Shown: piece by piece, positions 47,548-57,512 of the stretch | Numbering within the stretch: position 1 is the first letter of the stretch | How the letters are laid out: the number at the start of each line of letters is the position of its first letter | Virus record (IMG/VR): IMGVR_UViG_3300029339_000415 | Length of the DNA stretch: 64,000 bases | Origin: a virus | Strand: one strand, 5' to 3' | Position numbers and translations under genes: made by a program | The notes under the pieces: generated by a model | The model's input: only the letters and a program-made list of their open reading frames with translations | What the model was told of the DNA's origin: nothing | The model's database searches: none

Positions 47548-47961
47548 ATGCAGAATATTAGTATTAAGGGAGTTTGCGATTGTGTAGACTTAGACAGAAA
47601 TATCAAATTAACAAATGGTGCAGTCGTAGTGCAGAAAGAAAATAACAATGTAATAGGTGTTTATTTAGTGATTTCGTTCAGAGACAATAAAAACAAATAT
47701 GGTGGTGACACTACATCAACATATTGTAGTTTGGTAAATCTCGACAATGGACAATTAGCTTTTGAAGAAAGATGTAGTCGTGCTACAACAGAGAGACGTG
47801 TTCTTAGACATTTAACAAGAGCAGGTTTTAGTTATCCTTATGATCCAAATTCTCATGAGCAGGATAGTAAGTTTTATAATATGAGGGTTCAGGTTTATAA
47901 CAATGGAAATTACAAAATGAATCTTGAACTTGGTGATGAATACATTATGTATGGTAGATAG
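47548..47961 (+). CDS. hypothetical protein (137 aa)
   Basis: SD ATAGGAGGTG. Confidence 0.4.
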   Translation: MQNISIKGVCDCVDLDRNIKLTNGAVVVQKENNNVIGVYLVISFRDNKNKYGGDTTSTYCSLVNLDNGQLAFEERCSRATTERRVLRHLTRAGFSYPYDPNSHEQDSKFYNMRVQVYNNGNYKMNLELGDEYIMYGR

Positions 47962-47974
47962 GAGAATAAATCAT

Positions 47975-48334
47975 ATGAAGAAGAAAATTTTATATAGTTT
48001 GGCTTTACTATTAGCATTTATGTTTATATTAACCGGCTGTGCAAAATGCATTAGCACCGAAATATCTACGGTTCAAGTAAAAATAATAGATGAATATCAC
48101 AGGGCTGCTTATACAACAATGCATTATAGTCCTGCGACTAAAACGATGATACCACAATCGCATCCAGCAGTTTATAGAATTACTGTTGAATATAACGGTG
48201 TAGAATATAATATTTCTGGTAGTAATACATATAACAAATATTCAGACAAAATTGGAGAATATGTTGATGGAATATTAGAAACCAAGAAATATGACGATGG
48301 CACTGTTAGATACAATATTGTTGACTTACCATAG
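47975..48334 (+). CDS. lipoprotein (119 aa)
   Basis: signal peptide MKKKILYSLALLLAFMFILTGC with lipobox LTGC; SD TAGGAGAATAA. Confidence 0.55.
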   Translation: MKKKILYSLALLLAFMFILTGCAKCISTEISTVQVKIIDEYHRAAYTTMHYSPATKTMIPQSHPAVYRITVEYNGVEYNISGSNTYNKYSDKIGEYVDGILETKKYDDGTVRYNIVDLP

Positions 48335-48399
48335 TAAATAAATGATATTACAAAAGACACAGTAAACCGAAGTTTCTTTGCAACTTAGGAGGTATAAAA

Positions 48400-48741
48400 A
48401 TGCTATTTTCAGAAGCAAAAACGAAAATAGGAACTTGGACTGATATTGAATGTGTTCCTACTGGAAAGATTGAAACAAAAGAACAGTATGACTATTTAAA
48501 ATATTATGTTGAAAATACACCAATAGATGATAGATATATTAAATCATTTGAAGAATCAAAGGGTAAATATATACATATGGGATCTTGGTTTGGTGGTGCA
48601 GGGTTTTATTTTTATATGAGTGATGAACCACAAGGCGATTATAATTACAGAATAGAAGATAAAAATGGTGTAATTGTTGGTTATACAAAATATGAAGAAG
48701 ATTTTTCATATGGTAAATTAGGAAAAATTGAATTCGATTAA
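48400..48741 (+). CDS. hypothetical protein (113 aa)
   Basis: SD TTAGGAGGTAT. Confidence 0.4.
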   Translation: MLFSEAKTKIGTWTDIECVPTGKIETKEQYDYLKYYVENTPIDDRYIKSFEESKGKYIHMGSWFGGAGFYFYMSDEPQGDYNYRIEDKNGVIVGYTKYEEDFSYGKLGKIEFD

Positions 48742-48810
48742 GAGAATAATACATTGAAAGGAGCAAGAGATTTGCTGCAGCATTAAATCTGGATTTGCTC
48801 TGAGTAAAAA

Positions 48811-49674
48811 ATGTTAGAGATTAACAAAATATACAATGAAGATTGTCTTGAAGGTATGAAAAAGATTGATGATAAGTCAATTGATTTTATCTTCACGGAT
48901 TTGCCTTATAATACGACCAATAATTTTTGGGAATGTGAAATGCCGTTAAATGATTATGTCGAGTTATCAGGTCAATATTTTTATGAAACAGATTTATTTA
49001 AGTTAGCTCAAGTAACAAATAGTAGTCTTGAATATACAAGAGATTGGTTTTATGAGAACAAAAAAGATGGTTTATGGACTCATTACAATCGAATCATCAA
49101 AGATAATGGTTGTATTGCATTATGGGCGCAGTCACCATTTGATAAGAGACTCGCTTGTAGTAATGAAAAATTGTATCGCTATGAATGGATTATCGAAAAG
49201 ACCAAAGCAACTGGTCATCTAAATGCTAAGAAAATGCCTATGAAGGCACACGAAAATGTTTTGATTTTCTATAAAAAACTCCCTACTTACAATCCACAAA
49301 TGACAGAAGGACATACACCTGTTCATTCTTATACAAAACATACAACAGATGGCAACTGTTATGGTGCTACAAAGACTGGTATTTCAGGTGGTGGCAGTAC
49401 ACAAAGATATCCAAGAGATGTTCTGCAGTTCAAGTGGGATACTCAGAAAAGTAGCTTACATCAGTGCCAAAAGCCTGTTGAAGCATGTGAGTATTTTATT
49501 AAGACCTACACCAATCCAGGAGATTTAGTTCTTGATTCGTGTGCAGGAAGTTGTACAACTGCAGTTGCAGCTTTGAATATAGGTAGAAATTATATATGTT
49601 TTGAGAAGGACAAGGATATTTTTGAGGTTGGAAGTAAGAGAGTAGCTGAGTGCAAAGGAGAGAAAAATGACTGA
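48811..49674 (+). CDS. beta-class N4/N6 DNA methyltransferase (DNA methylase N-4/N-6 domain)
   Basis: motif IV IDFIFTDLPYNTT (DLPY variant of DPPY) and C-terminal motif I GDLVLDSCAGSCTTAVAA. Confidence 0.65.
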   Translation: MLEINKIYNEDCLEGMKKIDDKSIDFIFTDLPYNTTNNFWECEMPLNDYVELSGQYFYETDLFKLAQVTNSSLEYTRDWFYENKKDGLWTHYNRIIKDNGCIALWAQSPFDKRLACSNEKLYRYEWIIEKTKATGHLNAKKMPMKAHENVLIFYKKLPTYNPQMTEGHTPVHSYTKHTTDGNCYGATKTGISGGGSTQRYPRDVLQFKWDTQKSSLHQCQKPVEACEYFIKTYTNPGDLVLDSCAGSCTTAVAALNIGRNYICFEKDKDIFEVGSKRVAECKGEKND

Positions 49675-49873
49675 GAAAGAAAAATTATTAGAATACATTA
49701 AGAAACCAGTATTGACCACAGCAAGAAATAGCATGGGTTGTGATGAAAATTGGTATAATTCATATTTTGCAATCAAAGAGACTTTTTCGATTGAAGAAAT
49801 CAATTTTATGTCTGATAAGGAAGTAGCGAATCTCGTAAGACTTGGAGATTCAATGTCGGAAGCATTGTATTAA
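49667..49873 (+). CDS. hypothetical protein (68 aa)
   Basis: overlaps stop of MTase gene. Confidence 0.35.
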   Translation: MTEKEKLLEYIKKPVLTTARNSMGCDENWYNSYFAIKETFSIEEINFMSDKEVANLVRLGDSMSEALY

Positions 49874-49940
49874 AAATAAGAATAATGAAAGGAGACGAGG
49901 TTCGTGTACACAAGAAGGAATTCCTTACTCCAAGTAATTT

Positions 49941-50663
49941 ATGAAATACGTTGGTAGCAAAAATAGATTAAGCAAAGATTTAGCACCAATTATTCAATCA
50001 TATATAACTAATGAGACGGAAGGATATTTAGAGCCTTTCGTTGGTGGTGCTAATATGATTGATAAAATTAAATGCGATAAAAAAATAGGTACAGACAATC
50101 ACAAATATTTAATTGCTGTACTTAAAAAGTTATCTGAAGGTTGGACACCGCCAGAAGACATTACAGAAGAAAAATATAAGGATATTCAAAATAATAAAGA
50201 AGGATATCCAGATTATTTGGTTGGATATGTTGGGTTTCAGCTTTCATATGGTGGGAAATGGTTTGGTGGGTACAGAAGAGACAAGGTTGGAAAACGTAAT
50301 TACTCATTAGAAGCATATAAAAATACTATCAAACAAATCCCAAATCTTAAAAATATTCAATTTGAAGTGTTCGACTTCAGAAATATTCCCTTAGAAAAAA
50401 TTAAAAATTATGTTATTTATTGCGATATTCCGTATCGTGATACAACAAAGTATTCAACTGGAGGCTTCCCATATGAAGAATTTTACGAATGGGTTAAGAA
50501 GACAAGTGTAAATAATACTGTTTTAATTAGTGAATATAACATGCCTGATGAGTTTGAATGTATCTGGCAAAAAGAAACTAAAACGCTTTTGGATAGTAAC
50601 AAAGAAAAAAGCGATGATAAGAATATTAGAATTGAGAAGTTGTTTACATATAACGGTAAATAA
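49941..50663 (+). CDS. Dam-family (D12 class) adenine methyltransferase paralog with DIPY motif
   Basis: GSKNRL...YLEPFVGGA; YCDIPYRDTTKY instead of DPPY; paralog of 44099 gene. Confidence 0.6.
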   Translation: MKYVGSKNRLSKDLAPIIQSYITNETEGYLEPFVGGANMIDKIKCDKKIGTDNHKYLIAVLKKLSEGWTPPEDITEEKYKDIQNNKEGYPDYLVGYVGFQLSYGGKWFGGYRRDKVGKRNYSLEAYKNTIKQIPNLKNIQFEVFDFRNIPLEKIKNYVIYCDIPYRDTTKYSTGGFPYEEFYEWVKKTSVNNTVLISEYNMPDEFECIWQKETKTLLDSNKEKSDDKNIRIEKLFTYNGK

Positions 50664-50760
50664 AAACTAACAAGAAATTTTGGTTTCTTGGCTTGTCACG
50701 AAACTAAGTAACAATGTAGATATAATTTTATAAGAAAGGAAAACGTTCACATGTGAGTAA

Positions 50761-50772
50761 AGCTGCGCAGCT
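50761..50772. repeat. GC-rich perfect palindrome AGCTGCGCAGCT nested in GTTCAC...GTGAAC inverted repeat
   Basis: immediately upstream of MTase gene 50790. Confidence 0.5.
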
Positions 50773-50789
50773 ACTATTGGTGAACAAAT

Positions 50790-51410
50790 TTGAAAAATAA
50801 TACAGAAAAAGATTGGACAGGTAATAAGAATAGTATTTTTAAGACTTTAGGTGCAAGTAATCACACCGACAAGGAGAGACAGAACGAGGATTATTATGCG
50901 ACAGATCCTATTGCAATTGATGTCTTATTAAAAGATGGTGGTGTTACATTTGACAAACCTATCTGGGAATGTTCCTGTGGTGAAGGACATTTATCTGAAA
51001 GATTAAAGAGCTTCGGTTATGAAGTTCGATCCACTGACCTGATCGATAGAGGTTATGGTGAAGGTGAAATTGATTTTCTTACATATAATCAGCCTTGGAA
51101 TGGCGATATCTTAACAAATCCCCCATACAAATATGCAAAAGAATTTATTGAACATGCAATGACATTAATTCCTGATGGTTGCAGAGTATTTATGTTTCTT
51201 AAAGTTCAGTTTCTTGAAGGAAAAGCTCGTAAGGAATTATTTAAAAAGTACCCACCAAAATGTGTTTATGTTTCAAGCAGTCGTATTTTATGTGCGAAGA
51301 ACGCTCTTTTTGATGAAATGAGAGCAGGTGGTGGTAGTGCAGTTGCTTATGCTTGGTACGAGTTTGAGAAGGGTTATATAGGTGAAAGTAAATTAAAATG
51401 GATAAATTAA
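50790..51410 (+). CDS. small N6-adenine DNA methyltransferase (NPPY class)
   Basis: TTG start; ECSCGEGHLSERL (motif I-like) and DILTNPPYKYAKEF (motif IV). Confidence 0.6.
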   Translation: MKNNTEKDWTGNKNSIFKTLGASNHTDKERQNEDYYATDPIAIDVLLKDGGVTFDKPIWECSCGEGHLSERLKSFGYEVRSTDLIDRGYGEGEIDFLTYNQPWNGDILTNPPYKYAKEFIEHAMTLIPDGCRVFMFLKVQFLEGKARKELFKKYPPKCVYVSSSRILCAKNALFDEMRAGGGSAVAYAWYEFEKGYIGESKLKWIN

Positions 51411-51715
51411 TACAAAGATTAAATGAGGAGATGAGTAGTTGGGTTGGTGATTTAGTCACCAATTCCGACTTATCAAGCGAGAAACTATTAAAACGATACT
51501 CATATGAGTATTGTATCAAAGAAGAGATTATTAATTATTTTTCAGAGAATATTATATCAGATGACTTTGAAGAGTTCTTACTGGATAAAGAAGATACATT
51601 GTCTTATCTGTACGTTGAGTATATGGAAGATGATACAGCAAATATTCATAACGAGATAGAAGGATTTGTAAGTAATCTCTGTTATCGTTTTAAAACACAA
51701 TCTGAAATGCCCTAA
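51398..51715 (+). CDS. hypothetical acidic protein (105 aa)
   Basis: ORF overlapping stop of upstream MTase. Confidence 0.4.
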   Translation: MDKLIQRLNEEMSSWVGDLVTNSDLSSEKLLKRYSYEYCIKEEIINYFSENIISDDFEEFLLDKEDTLSYLYVEYMEDDTANIHNEIEGFVSNLCYRFKTQSEMP

Positions 51716-51778
51716 AATCAAGGCTTTCAGAGGTTGAAAAAGCCAAGGAAACCACGTTTCATTTGAGGAGGTGATTGA

Positions 51779-51940
51779 GTGGATACATCATGTGAAACTT
51801 GTAAATGTAATACCTGTAAGATGAATGAAAATGGTGGCATTTATGGTGGATGTTTCGATTGTGAAGATTGCAAAGAACAAGATTTATACTGTGAAGATTG
51901 TTCAATGTATGAATATGACAAAGATAGACTGAGTAATTAG
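51779..51940 (+). CDS. hypothetical Cys-rich protein (53 aa)
   Basis: GTG after SD GAGGAGGTGA; CETCKCNTC...CFDCEDC. Confidence 0.3.
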   Translation: MDTSCETCKCNTCKMNENGGIYGGCFDCEDCKEQDLYCEDCSMYEYDKDRLSN

Positions 51941-51952
51941 GAGAATAATAGT

Positions 51953-52234
51953 ATGAATAAGAGACAGAAAAAGAAATTCATTAAGAAGAATATGACTAAG
52001 CTAAGGAAGATACATCCAAGCGAAGGTGATATTATAGTTCTTCGGTGGAATCCAGATAGTGAATATATAGATTTTGACACCATTGTTGAGTTCTATAAAG
52101 CATGGGAGAATGCAGGAATCTTTGATAAATGCGGAGCTGCTATTGTTCCATGTAACTTTAAAATTTTCAACAAGGAAGAAGCTCAAATATATGTTGATAA
52201 GTTACAGAGTATTGTAGATCAGATGGGAGAATAA
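51953..52234 (+). CDS. hypothetical protein (93 aa)
   Basis: SD TTAGGAGAATAATA. Confidence 0.4.
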   Translation: MNKRQKKKFIKKNMTKLRKIHPSEGDIIVLRWNPDSEYIDFDTIVEFYKAWENAGIFDKCGAAIVPCNFKIFNKEEAQIYVDKLQSIVDQMGE

Positions 52235-52238
52235 AAGT

Positions 52239-52586
52239 ATGAGGTCAATTGAGTCAGAAAGCATAGATGTTGGTGAAAAGAAATATTATCTTGTAACTCC
52301 TGAAGGTCTAATATTCCATGAAATTCCATTTGAAGAAATACACAACTTAACAAGAGAAGTATGGGTATCAACCTGCCCTTGTTGTGGTGGAATTCAAGGA
52401 TATTATTATTCAAAAAATGAAGCCAAACAAAATAGCAAATTTTGTGTTCAATGCAGTTGTACTCATTTGTTTTTAGTAAAGAGATACAAAGGGTATTATA
52501 AACAGAATGTGAATTTCAAACTTTTGACAAAAGGTTATAAGGAATATAGAGGAATTAAGTATCCTTATATGGATATTCATGGTTAG
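52239..52586 (+). CDS. hypothetical zinc-ribbon protein (115 aa)
   Basis: CPCCGG...CVQCSC. Confidence 0.4.
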   Translation: MRSIESESIDVGEKKYYLVTPEGLIFHEIPFEEIHNLTREVWVSTCPCCGGIQGYYYSKNEAKQNSKFCVQCSCTHLFLVKRYKGYYKQNVNFKLLTKGYKEYRGIKYPYMDIHG

Positions 52587-52688
52587 CAGGAAAGAAGCAT
52601 TTCCTGTTAATTTTGTCTAAGAGCATTTCTACACACGGTTTTCCAAAATAAAAAAGAGAGAATAACTAAATATAAGGAGGTATAGAAC

Positions 52689-52946
52689 TTGCATATAAGA
52701 ATTGTTGGGTTTAGCGACAGATATGATGATTATAAACTTCTTGGATATACAGAAGTGGAGAATATATCAGAAGTTTTTAAGACGCTAGATTATATGAGAA
52801 AAAACGAAATTCCATTAATAATCAATACTAATGATGTCATTGATACAGACGGAGAAGAATATTACATAGATAGTATTACAATGGTATTCCCAAAAGTGAG
52901 TGGTGAGATTGGAAGTTGTATTACTGTTTATGTGAAAGATGTTTAG
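52689..52946 (+). CDS. hypothetical protein (85 aa)
   Basis: TTG start after SD AAGGAGGTA. Confidence 0.35.
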   Translation: MHIRIVGFSDRYDDYKLLGYTEVENISEVFKTLDYMRKNEIPLIINTNDVIDTDGEEYYIDSITMVFPKVSGEIGSCITVYVKDV

Positions 52947-52958
52947 GAGAATAAATAT

Positions 52959-53438
52959 ATGAAGATAGAGTTAATCAAATTAAAATTCAATGATACTTGT
53001 GCATATAAGCATAAGCCATTCACTTATTGCTGCGATGAAATTCAAAATGATAAAGCTATTGTATTTACAGGTGAAGATTTGGTATGCAACGATACTTTTG
53101 GATTAGTAGTAAGAGATTCAGATGACTATATAATTCCTCAATTTTGTACTTCACATACAGAAGTCATTACATCTTATGAAGACGAATGGGAGCAGACAGA
53201 CAATTATCCAATCCAGTTTTGTCCTCACTGTGGCAAAAAGATTGAGGTTTCAGTCGTAGACGAGATTGATGTATCTGATAAGTACAATGAATTATCTAAG
53301 CAGCGTGATGAATTATGGAAGAAGTGTCAGAGAACAGATAGTAAGAAAGAAGAGCATGAACTGAGAAAACAGGTTAGAAAGTTAGATGACCAGATAAACG
53401 GCTTCTATGAATTGGGTGAGTGGAAAGGAGAATATTAA
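52959..53438 (+). CDS. hypothetical protein (159 aa)
   Basis: SD TTAGGAGAATAA; CPHCGKK zinc-ribbon-like. Confidence 0.4.
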   Translation: MKIELIKLKFNDTCAYKHKPFTYCCDEIQNDKAIVFTGEDLVCNDTFGLVVRDSDDYIIPQFCTSHTEVITSYEDEWEQTDNYPIQFCPHCGKKIEVSVVDEIDVSDKYNELSKQRDELWKKCQRTDSKKEEHELRKQVRKLDDQINGFYELGEWKGEY

Positions 53439-53439
53439 A

Positions 53440-53778
53440 ATGGAGAACAGATTATTACTTGAAAGTGAAGTGATTAAAACAGTAGATAAACATACAAACG
53501 ATGAGAATCAGTTAGATAACGACATTAGCTGTATTCTTGAAGAAGTAAATCCTGTCGTATTGGTTGGTTCAAAAGAAGCAATAGATAGCTTAAAAGTAGA
53601 AACTAAACCAGTCCAGAAACAGAAACGAGTTGAACTATTCGAGAATGAAGATGTCGTTTTAGAGCAACGTGGCAACAGATATTACTTGTCTCTGTACGAT
53701 AAGAAAGGAAATTTCCAGAGAGAAGTTACTATTGATGTTAAGGACGATTACAAGGTTGGATTTGGAAATTGTAAGTAA
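53440..53778 (+). CDS. hypothetical protein (112 aa)
   Basis: ATG after SD GGAAAGGAGAAT. Confidence 0.4.
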   Translation: MENRLLLESEVIKTVDKHTNDENQLDNDISCILEEVNPVVLVGSKEAIDSLKVETKPVQKQKRVELFENEDVVLEQRGNRYYLSLYDKKGNFQREVTIDVKDDYKVGFGNCK

Positions 53779-53789
53779 AGGAGATTACT

Positions 53790-54065
53790 ATGGCGGTATT
53801 TAAAAAATTTAAAGATGATGAGTTGATCGTAAGTTGTAAATGTGGATGTGACGAAGGTATCCACTTTAAGATTCATGATTATGGTGATGGAGACTACGCT
53901 TTCTTAACATATACAAACGGTAACTTTTACACTCAACAAAGACCGTTCTTTGAGAAGTTGAAGAAAATTTGGGCGATTATCTGGAATAAAGATTTCTATT
54001 ATTCTGATATTGTGTTGACAAAGGATGATTTCAAAGAATTTAAGGAATGGATTAATAGAAAGTAG
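53790..54065 (+). CDS. hypothetical protein (91 aa)
   Basis: SD AAAGGAGATT. Confidence 0.4.
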   Translation: MAVFKKFKDDELIVSCKCGCDEGIHFKIHDYGDGDYAFLTYTNGNFYTQQRPFFEKLKKIWAIIWNKDFYYSDIVLTKDDFKEFKEWINRK

Positions 54066-54173
54066 AGTAATAAGAATTTCAGGTTTCTTTTGGTAACAAA
54101 GAGAGAATATTAAAGTAAGGATAAAATCAATGATTTTTATGAACTAAGAAAAAATAAAAGAGGTGAACGATTA

Positions 54174-54794
54174 ATGTCTTTAGTATATAAAAATGACACA
54201 TATAACTATAATGGTGAATATGAAATGGGTTCATTAAATAAATTTGCACAAGTAGAAAGAAGATTGTCAGCAAAGAAACAAGCATTAGATGATATGAAGA
54301 ATGAATATAATCTTATTGAACAACAGGCATTTCGCACTTATAAAGAGAATATTCAGTATATACTGCTTGATCAACCTTCTACGATTAAAACGTGTAGAGA
54401 ATGGTTAAATATGTTATCAAAGAATCAGGATGCAGATGGTAACAAGCTTGATAAGAGAAAGAAATATAAAGAAAAGGAAACATATGATTGGTATATTGAT
54501 TATATTAAAAAGCTTCTTGATATTGAGTATATGAATAACGTTAAATTCATTGATTATAATTTTGGTCAAGCTACTAATATCCAGTTTGAATATAAAGAGC
54601 ATAATTGGTATTTAGAAATTCCTCATATTAAAGCTATCAAATTAGATGCATATAAGAATTATGGTGGCAGTGTATTTAAACTTGCGTTAGTACACAATGA
54701 TACAGAATGTAGTTGGTCGCAGTTTGGCTCTACATATGAAGAAGACGAATTAAGAGATATCATGACACAAGGTATTGAAAAATATTGTAATTAG
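54174..54794 (+). CDS. hypothetical protein (206 aa)
   Basis: SD AAGAGGTGAAC. Confidence 0.45.
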   Translation: MSLVYKNDTYNYNGEYEMGSLNKFAQVERRLSAKKQALDDMKNEYNLIEQQAFRTYKENIQYILLDQPSTIKTCREWLNMLSKNQDADGNKLDKRKKYKEKETYDWYIDYIKKLLDIEYMNNVKFIDYNFGQATNIQFEYKEHNWYLEIPHIKAIKLDAYKNYGGSVFKLALVHNDTECSWSQFGSTYEEDELRDIMTQGIEKYCN

Positions 54795-54867
54795 TTGTGG
54801 TAACTTCACAGGAAAGCAACATATCATTGGATTTTGAGAGAATAATACATTGGAGGTGAAATTATAA

Positions 54868-55128
54868 ATGAAAATTCTTTCAGTAATGAACAATCATCTT
54901 AAAGAAGTGGAAAAGAAGGATTATGGATATGGGTGTATTTGTGACCATTGTGGAACAACCTTTATTTTTGAGAGTTCAGAAGCTGCATATCCAAGACACA
55001 TTAATCCTAAACCAAATGAATGTTATGTGTCTTGCCCAAATTGCAAACATATTATTACTTTAGCAAAATGTACTAAATTTAAAACATCATATGAGTTGAA
55101 TGATTTTAAAAGAATTCATGACGAATAA
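54868..55128 (+). CDS. zinc-ribbon protein (86 aa)
   Basis: CDHCG...CPNCKH. Confidence 0.4.
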   Translation: MKILSVMNNHLKEVEKKDYGYGCICDHCGTTFIFESSEAAYPRHINPKPNECYVSCPNCKHIITLAKCTKFKTSYELNDFKRIHDE

Positions 55129-55263
55129 GTTAATTCGCAGCAAACCAATCTTTCTTTTGAAATTTTTTAATTATATCTAAGCCATTCGGCTATGGGAATC
55201 CCAATAAATAAGAGAATATTACATTGTAACTAATAAAAATATTACATATAAAGGAGATTTTAA

Positions 55264-55815
55264 ATGAAGAACACAAATTGGAAAGTGCCAGTAATTATTG
55301 GCGTAGGAGTATTAGCAGTTATTTTGATGATTGTATTTGGTGTACAGAGTTCGCAGAATAAAGCTATTGCACTTGAGGAGCAAGTAAATACAGCGTCATC
55401 AGATATTAAGGTACAGGAAAAGCGAAGAGTTGACCTTGTATATAATCTTGCTGATTGCGTAAAACAGTATGACAAACATGAAGCTGATACATTGACAGCA
55501 GTTGCAGATGGTCGTGGATCAACAGGAGATATTGAGAATGTAACAACAGCTATTACAGCAGTTGCAGAAGCATATCCTGAACTGAAGTCCAATGAGAACT
55601 ATAAGACTCTTATGAATGAGCTATCTATGACAGAAAATATGATTGCAGAATATCGCAGCAATTACAATAAACAGATTAAGGAATACAAGCGATATGTGAG
55701 AAAGTTCCCTACAAGACAGTTTCTTGGATTGCTTGGATATGAAGTGCAGGAATATGAGTATTTGGATTACAATGCACCAGTTGATGCTCCACAGGATTTG
55801 TTTAAAGAGGATTAG
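55264..55815 (+). CDS. LemA-family membrane protein
   Basis: N-terminal TM; C-terminal YNKQIKEYKRYVRKFPTRQFLGLLGYE matches LemA signature. Confidence 0.7.
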   Translation: MKNTNWKVPVIIGVGVLAVILMIVFGVQSSQNKAIALEEQVNTASSDIKVQEKRRVDLVYNLADCVKQYDKHEADTLTAVADGRGSTGDIENVTTAITAVAEAYPELKSNENYKTLMNELSMTENMIAEYRSNYNKQIKEYKRYVRKFPTRQFLGLLGYEVQEYEYLDYNAPVDAPQDLFKED

Positions 55816-55818
55816 TCT

Positions 55819-56580
55819 ATGAGATATGATAGAAAAGGTTTTGATTTTGGCGATTTTGAAATAACAAAACGTGAAATCTTGGCTAGTATTTCTATCATTG
55901 CAGTTATGATTCTGTTTGGTATTCTGATTTCTTCCAAGATTTCAGAACACCAAATGGATAAAAATGAAATTTATAATAAGGCTGTTAAGATAGAAAGTCA
56001 AGAAATGTTTCAATATGGAATGGATACAAATGTTGGTAATGCGTTTGTATATGGCGATTTGAAAGCAGTAGATACAGTTACATATCCTGAAATCGGTGGA
56101 GAATATATGTATGTAGAAAAAGTTAAAGAGCTATATACGATGCATACAAGAGTTGTTACATATACAACGGGCAGTGGAAAAACAAGACAAACTCATACAA
56201 GAACAGAAACATATTGGACTTGGGATAGAGTTGGAAGTGAAGATATTAAGTGCAAAGAAGTATCATTTTGTGGAGTGAATTTCGCAAGTAATAAGATTGA
56301 TTTACCTGATACTGATTATATTGACACAATTAAAGAGTCAAGTAACGTAAGATATAAATATTATGGTGTTGGAACTGAATATAAAGGAACAATTTTTACA
56401 GATTTGAGAAATAAAACCATTTCTGATAACACATCATTTTATAATAATTCAACTATTGATGAGACGATAGAAAGGTTAGAATCTGATTTTCCAATTATTA
56501 TTTTCTGGATCTTTTGGATTATTTTAATCGGTGGAATGGTGTTTGGTTTTTACTATTTGGATAACAGATGGCTGGATTAG
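55819..56580 (+). CDS. membrane protein (253 aa), positional partner of LemA
   Basis: TM near N-terminus (ILASISIIAVMILFGILI) and C-terminus (IIIFWIFWIILIGGMVFGFYY). Confidence 0.5.
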   Translation: MRYDRKGFDFGDFEITKREILASISIIAVMILFGILISSKISEHQMDKNEIYNKAVKIESQEMFQYGMDTNVGNAFVYGDLKAVDTVTYPEIGGEYMYVEKVKELYTMHTRVVTYTTGSGKTRQTHTRTETYWTWDRVGSEDIKCKEVSFCGVNFASNKIDLPDTDYIDTIKESSNVRYKYYGVGTEYKGTIFTDLRNKTISDNTSFYNNSTIDETIERLESDFPIIIFWIFWIILIGGMVFGFYYLDNRWLD

Positions 56581-56620
56581 CAAGAAATTTTTCTTTCTTG
56601 TGAAGATTGAAGGTGCGAAT

Positions 56621-56923
56621 ATGTATCAAAAATTAAAAGGTAATAAAAATTTTTCAGATAAATACGCAACGTGGATTATAGCATATTGTTTAGATACAGA
56701 TTCATTTTTTGCAACAAATAAAAGACATTTCTTTTGGGAATATAATGACGAATTCCAATGCGAAAACGATGCGGTTAATTATTTCAGAAACCATTTGGAC
56801 GAATTTAGAGATGCTAGGAAAGAAATATTGAGTCATTGTGGTGGATGGAGCATTGATAAGGATTTGTTTTTAGAAAATACGAAAGAAAGGTTTTCAAATG
56901 CAGATAGGAGAATAACGACATGA
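56621..56923 (+). CDS. hypothetical protein (100 aa)
   Basis: ATG after SD GAAGGTGCGAAT; upstream part of track ORF is antisense of hairpin motif. Confidence 0.4.
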   Translation: MYQKLKGNKNFSDKYATWIIAYCLDTDSFFATNKRHFFWEYNDEFQCENDAVNYFRNHLDEFRDARKEILSHCGGWSIDKDLFLENTKERFSNADRRITT

Positions 56924-57120
56924 AAGCATATTTAGTAGAACGACCTGCAAGAGATTGGTGTCAAGATTACGCAATGGTAATTATTGCAGAAGATGAACGA
57001 CATGCTGAAAGAAAAGCAAGGGTAAGTTCAGATGATTTTAAGAAGTGTCAAGAGATTACCATTACAGAAATTGATATGAATGAAGAACAGTGTGTTTTAA
57101 CAGCAAACACAGGTGCATAG
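56920..57120 (+). CDS. hypothetical protein (66 aa)
   Basis: ATGA overlap with previous gene. Confidence 0.4.
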   Translation: MKAYLVERPARDWCQDYAMVIIAEDERHAERKARVSSDDFKKCQEITITEIDMNEEQCVLTANTGA

Positions 57121-57129
57121 GAGAATAAT

Positions 57130-57348
57130 ATGGCAGATAGACAGACCAAAACTATACAGTGGACAATAAATCTTCCAATGGATTTTCCTTCGAATTGGGA
57201 TGATGACATGATTGAATTTCATCTTAATGAATCAAGTTGGTGTTGTAGCAATCTTATTAGTGAACTTAAAAAATACGATGAGAAAAATGGCTGTATCTGT
57301 GGAATATGTGAAGCAAAAGTAGCCGAGAAGATTGGAGGTGTGGAATGA
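57130..57348 (+). CDS. hypothetical Cys-rich protein (72 aa)
   Basis: SD TAGGAGAATAATA. Confidence 0.4.
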   Translation: MADRQTKTIQWTINLPMDFPSNWDDDMIEFHLNESSWCCSNLISELKKYDEKNGCICGICEAKVAEKIGGVE

Positions 57349-57500
57349 AAGAGTATTATAGGCAAGCAATCGCATTTCTTTTGGTATGGTTCTGTAGTGG
57401 TGTAACGATGTATTCATATCAAGCAGAAAATAAGATACTTGGAATCACTTTTACACTTTTAAGTTTCTTATATTGGTTCATTATAGGCAAAGATGATTAG
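57346..57500 (+). CDS. small membrane protein (51 aa)
   Basis: SD TGGAGGTGTGGA; hydrophobic AIAFLLVWFCSGV. Confidence 0.3.
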
Positions 57501-57512
57501 GAGAATAACATC

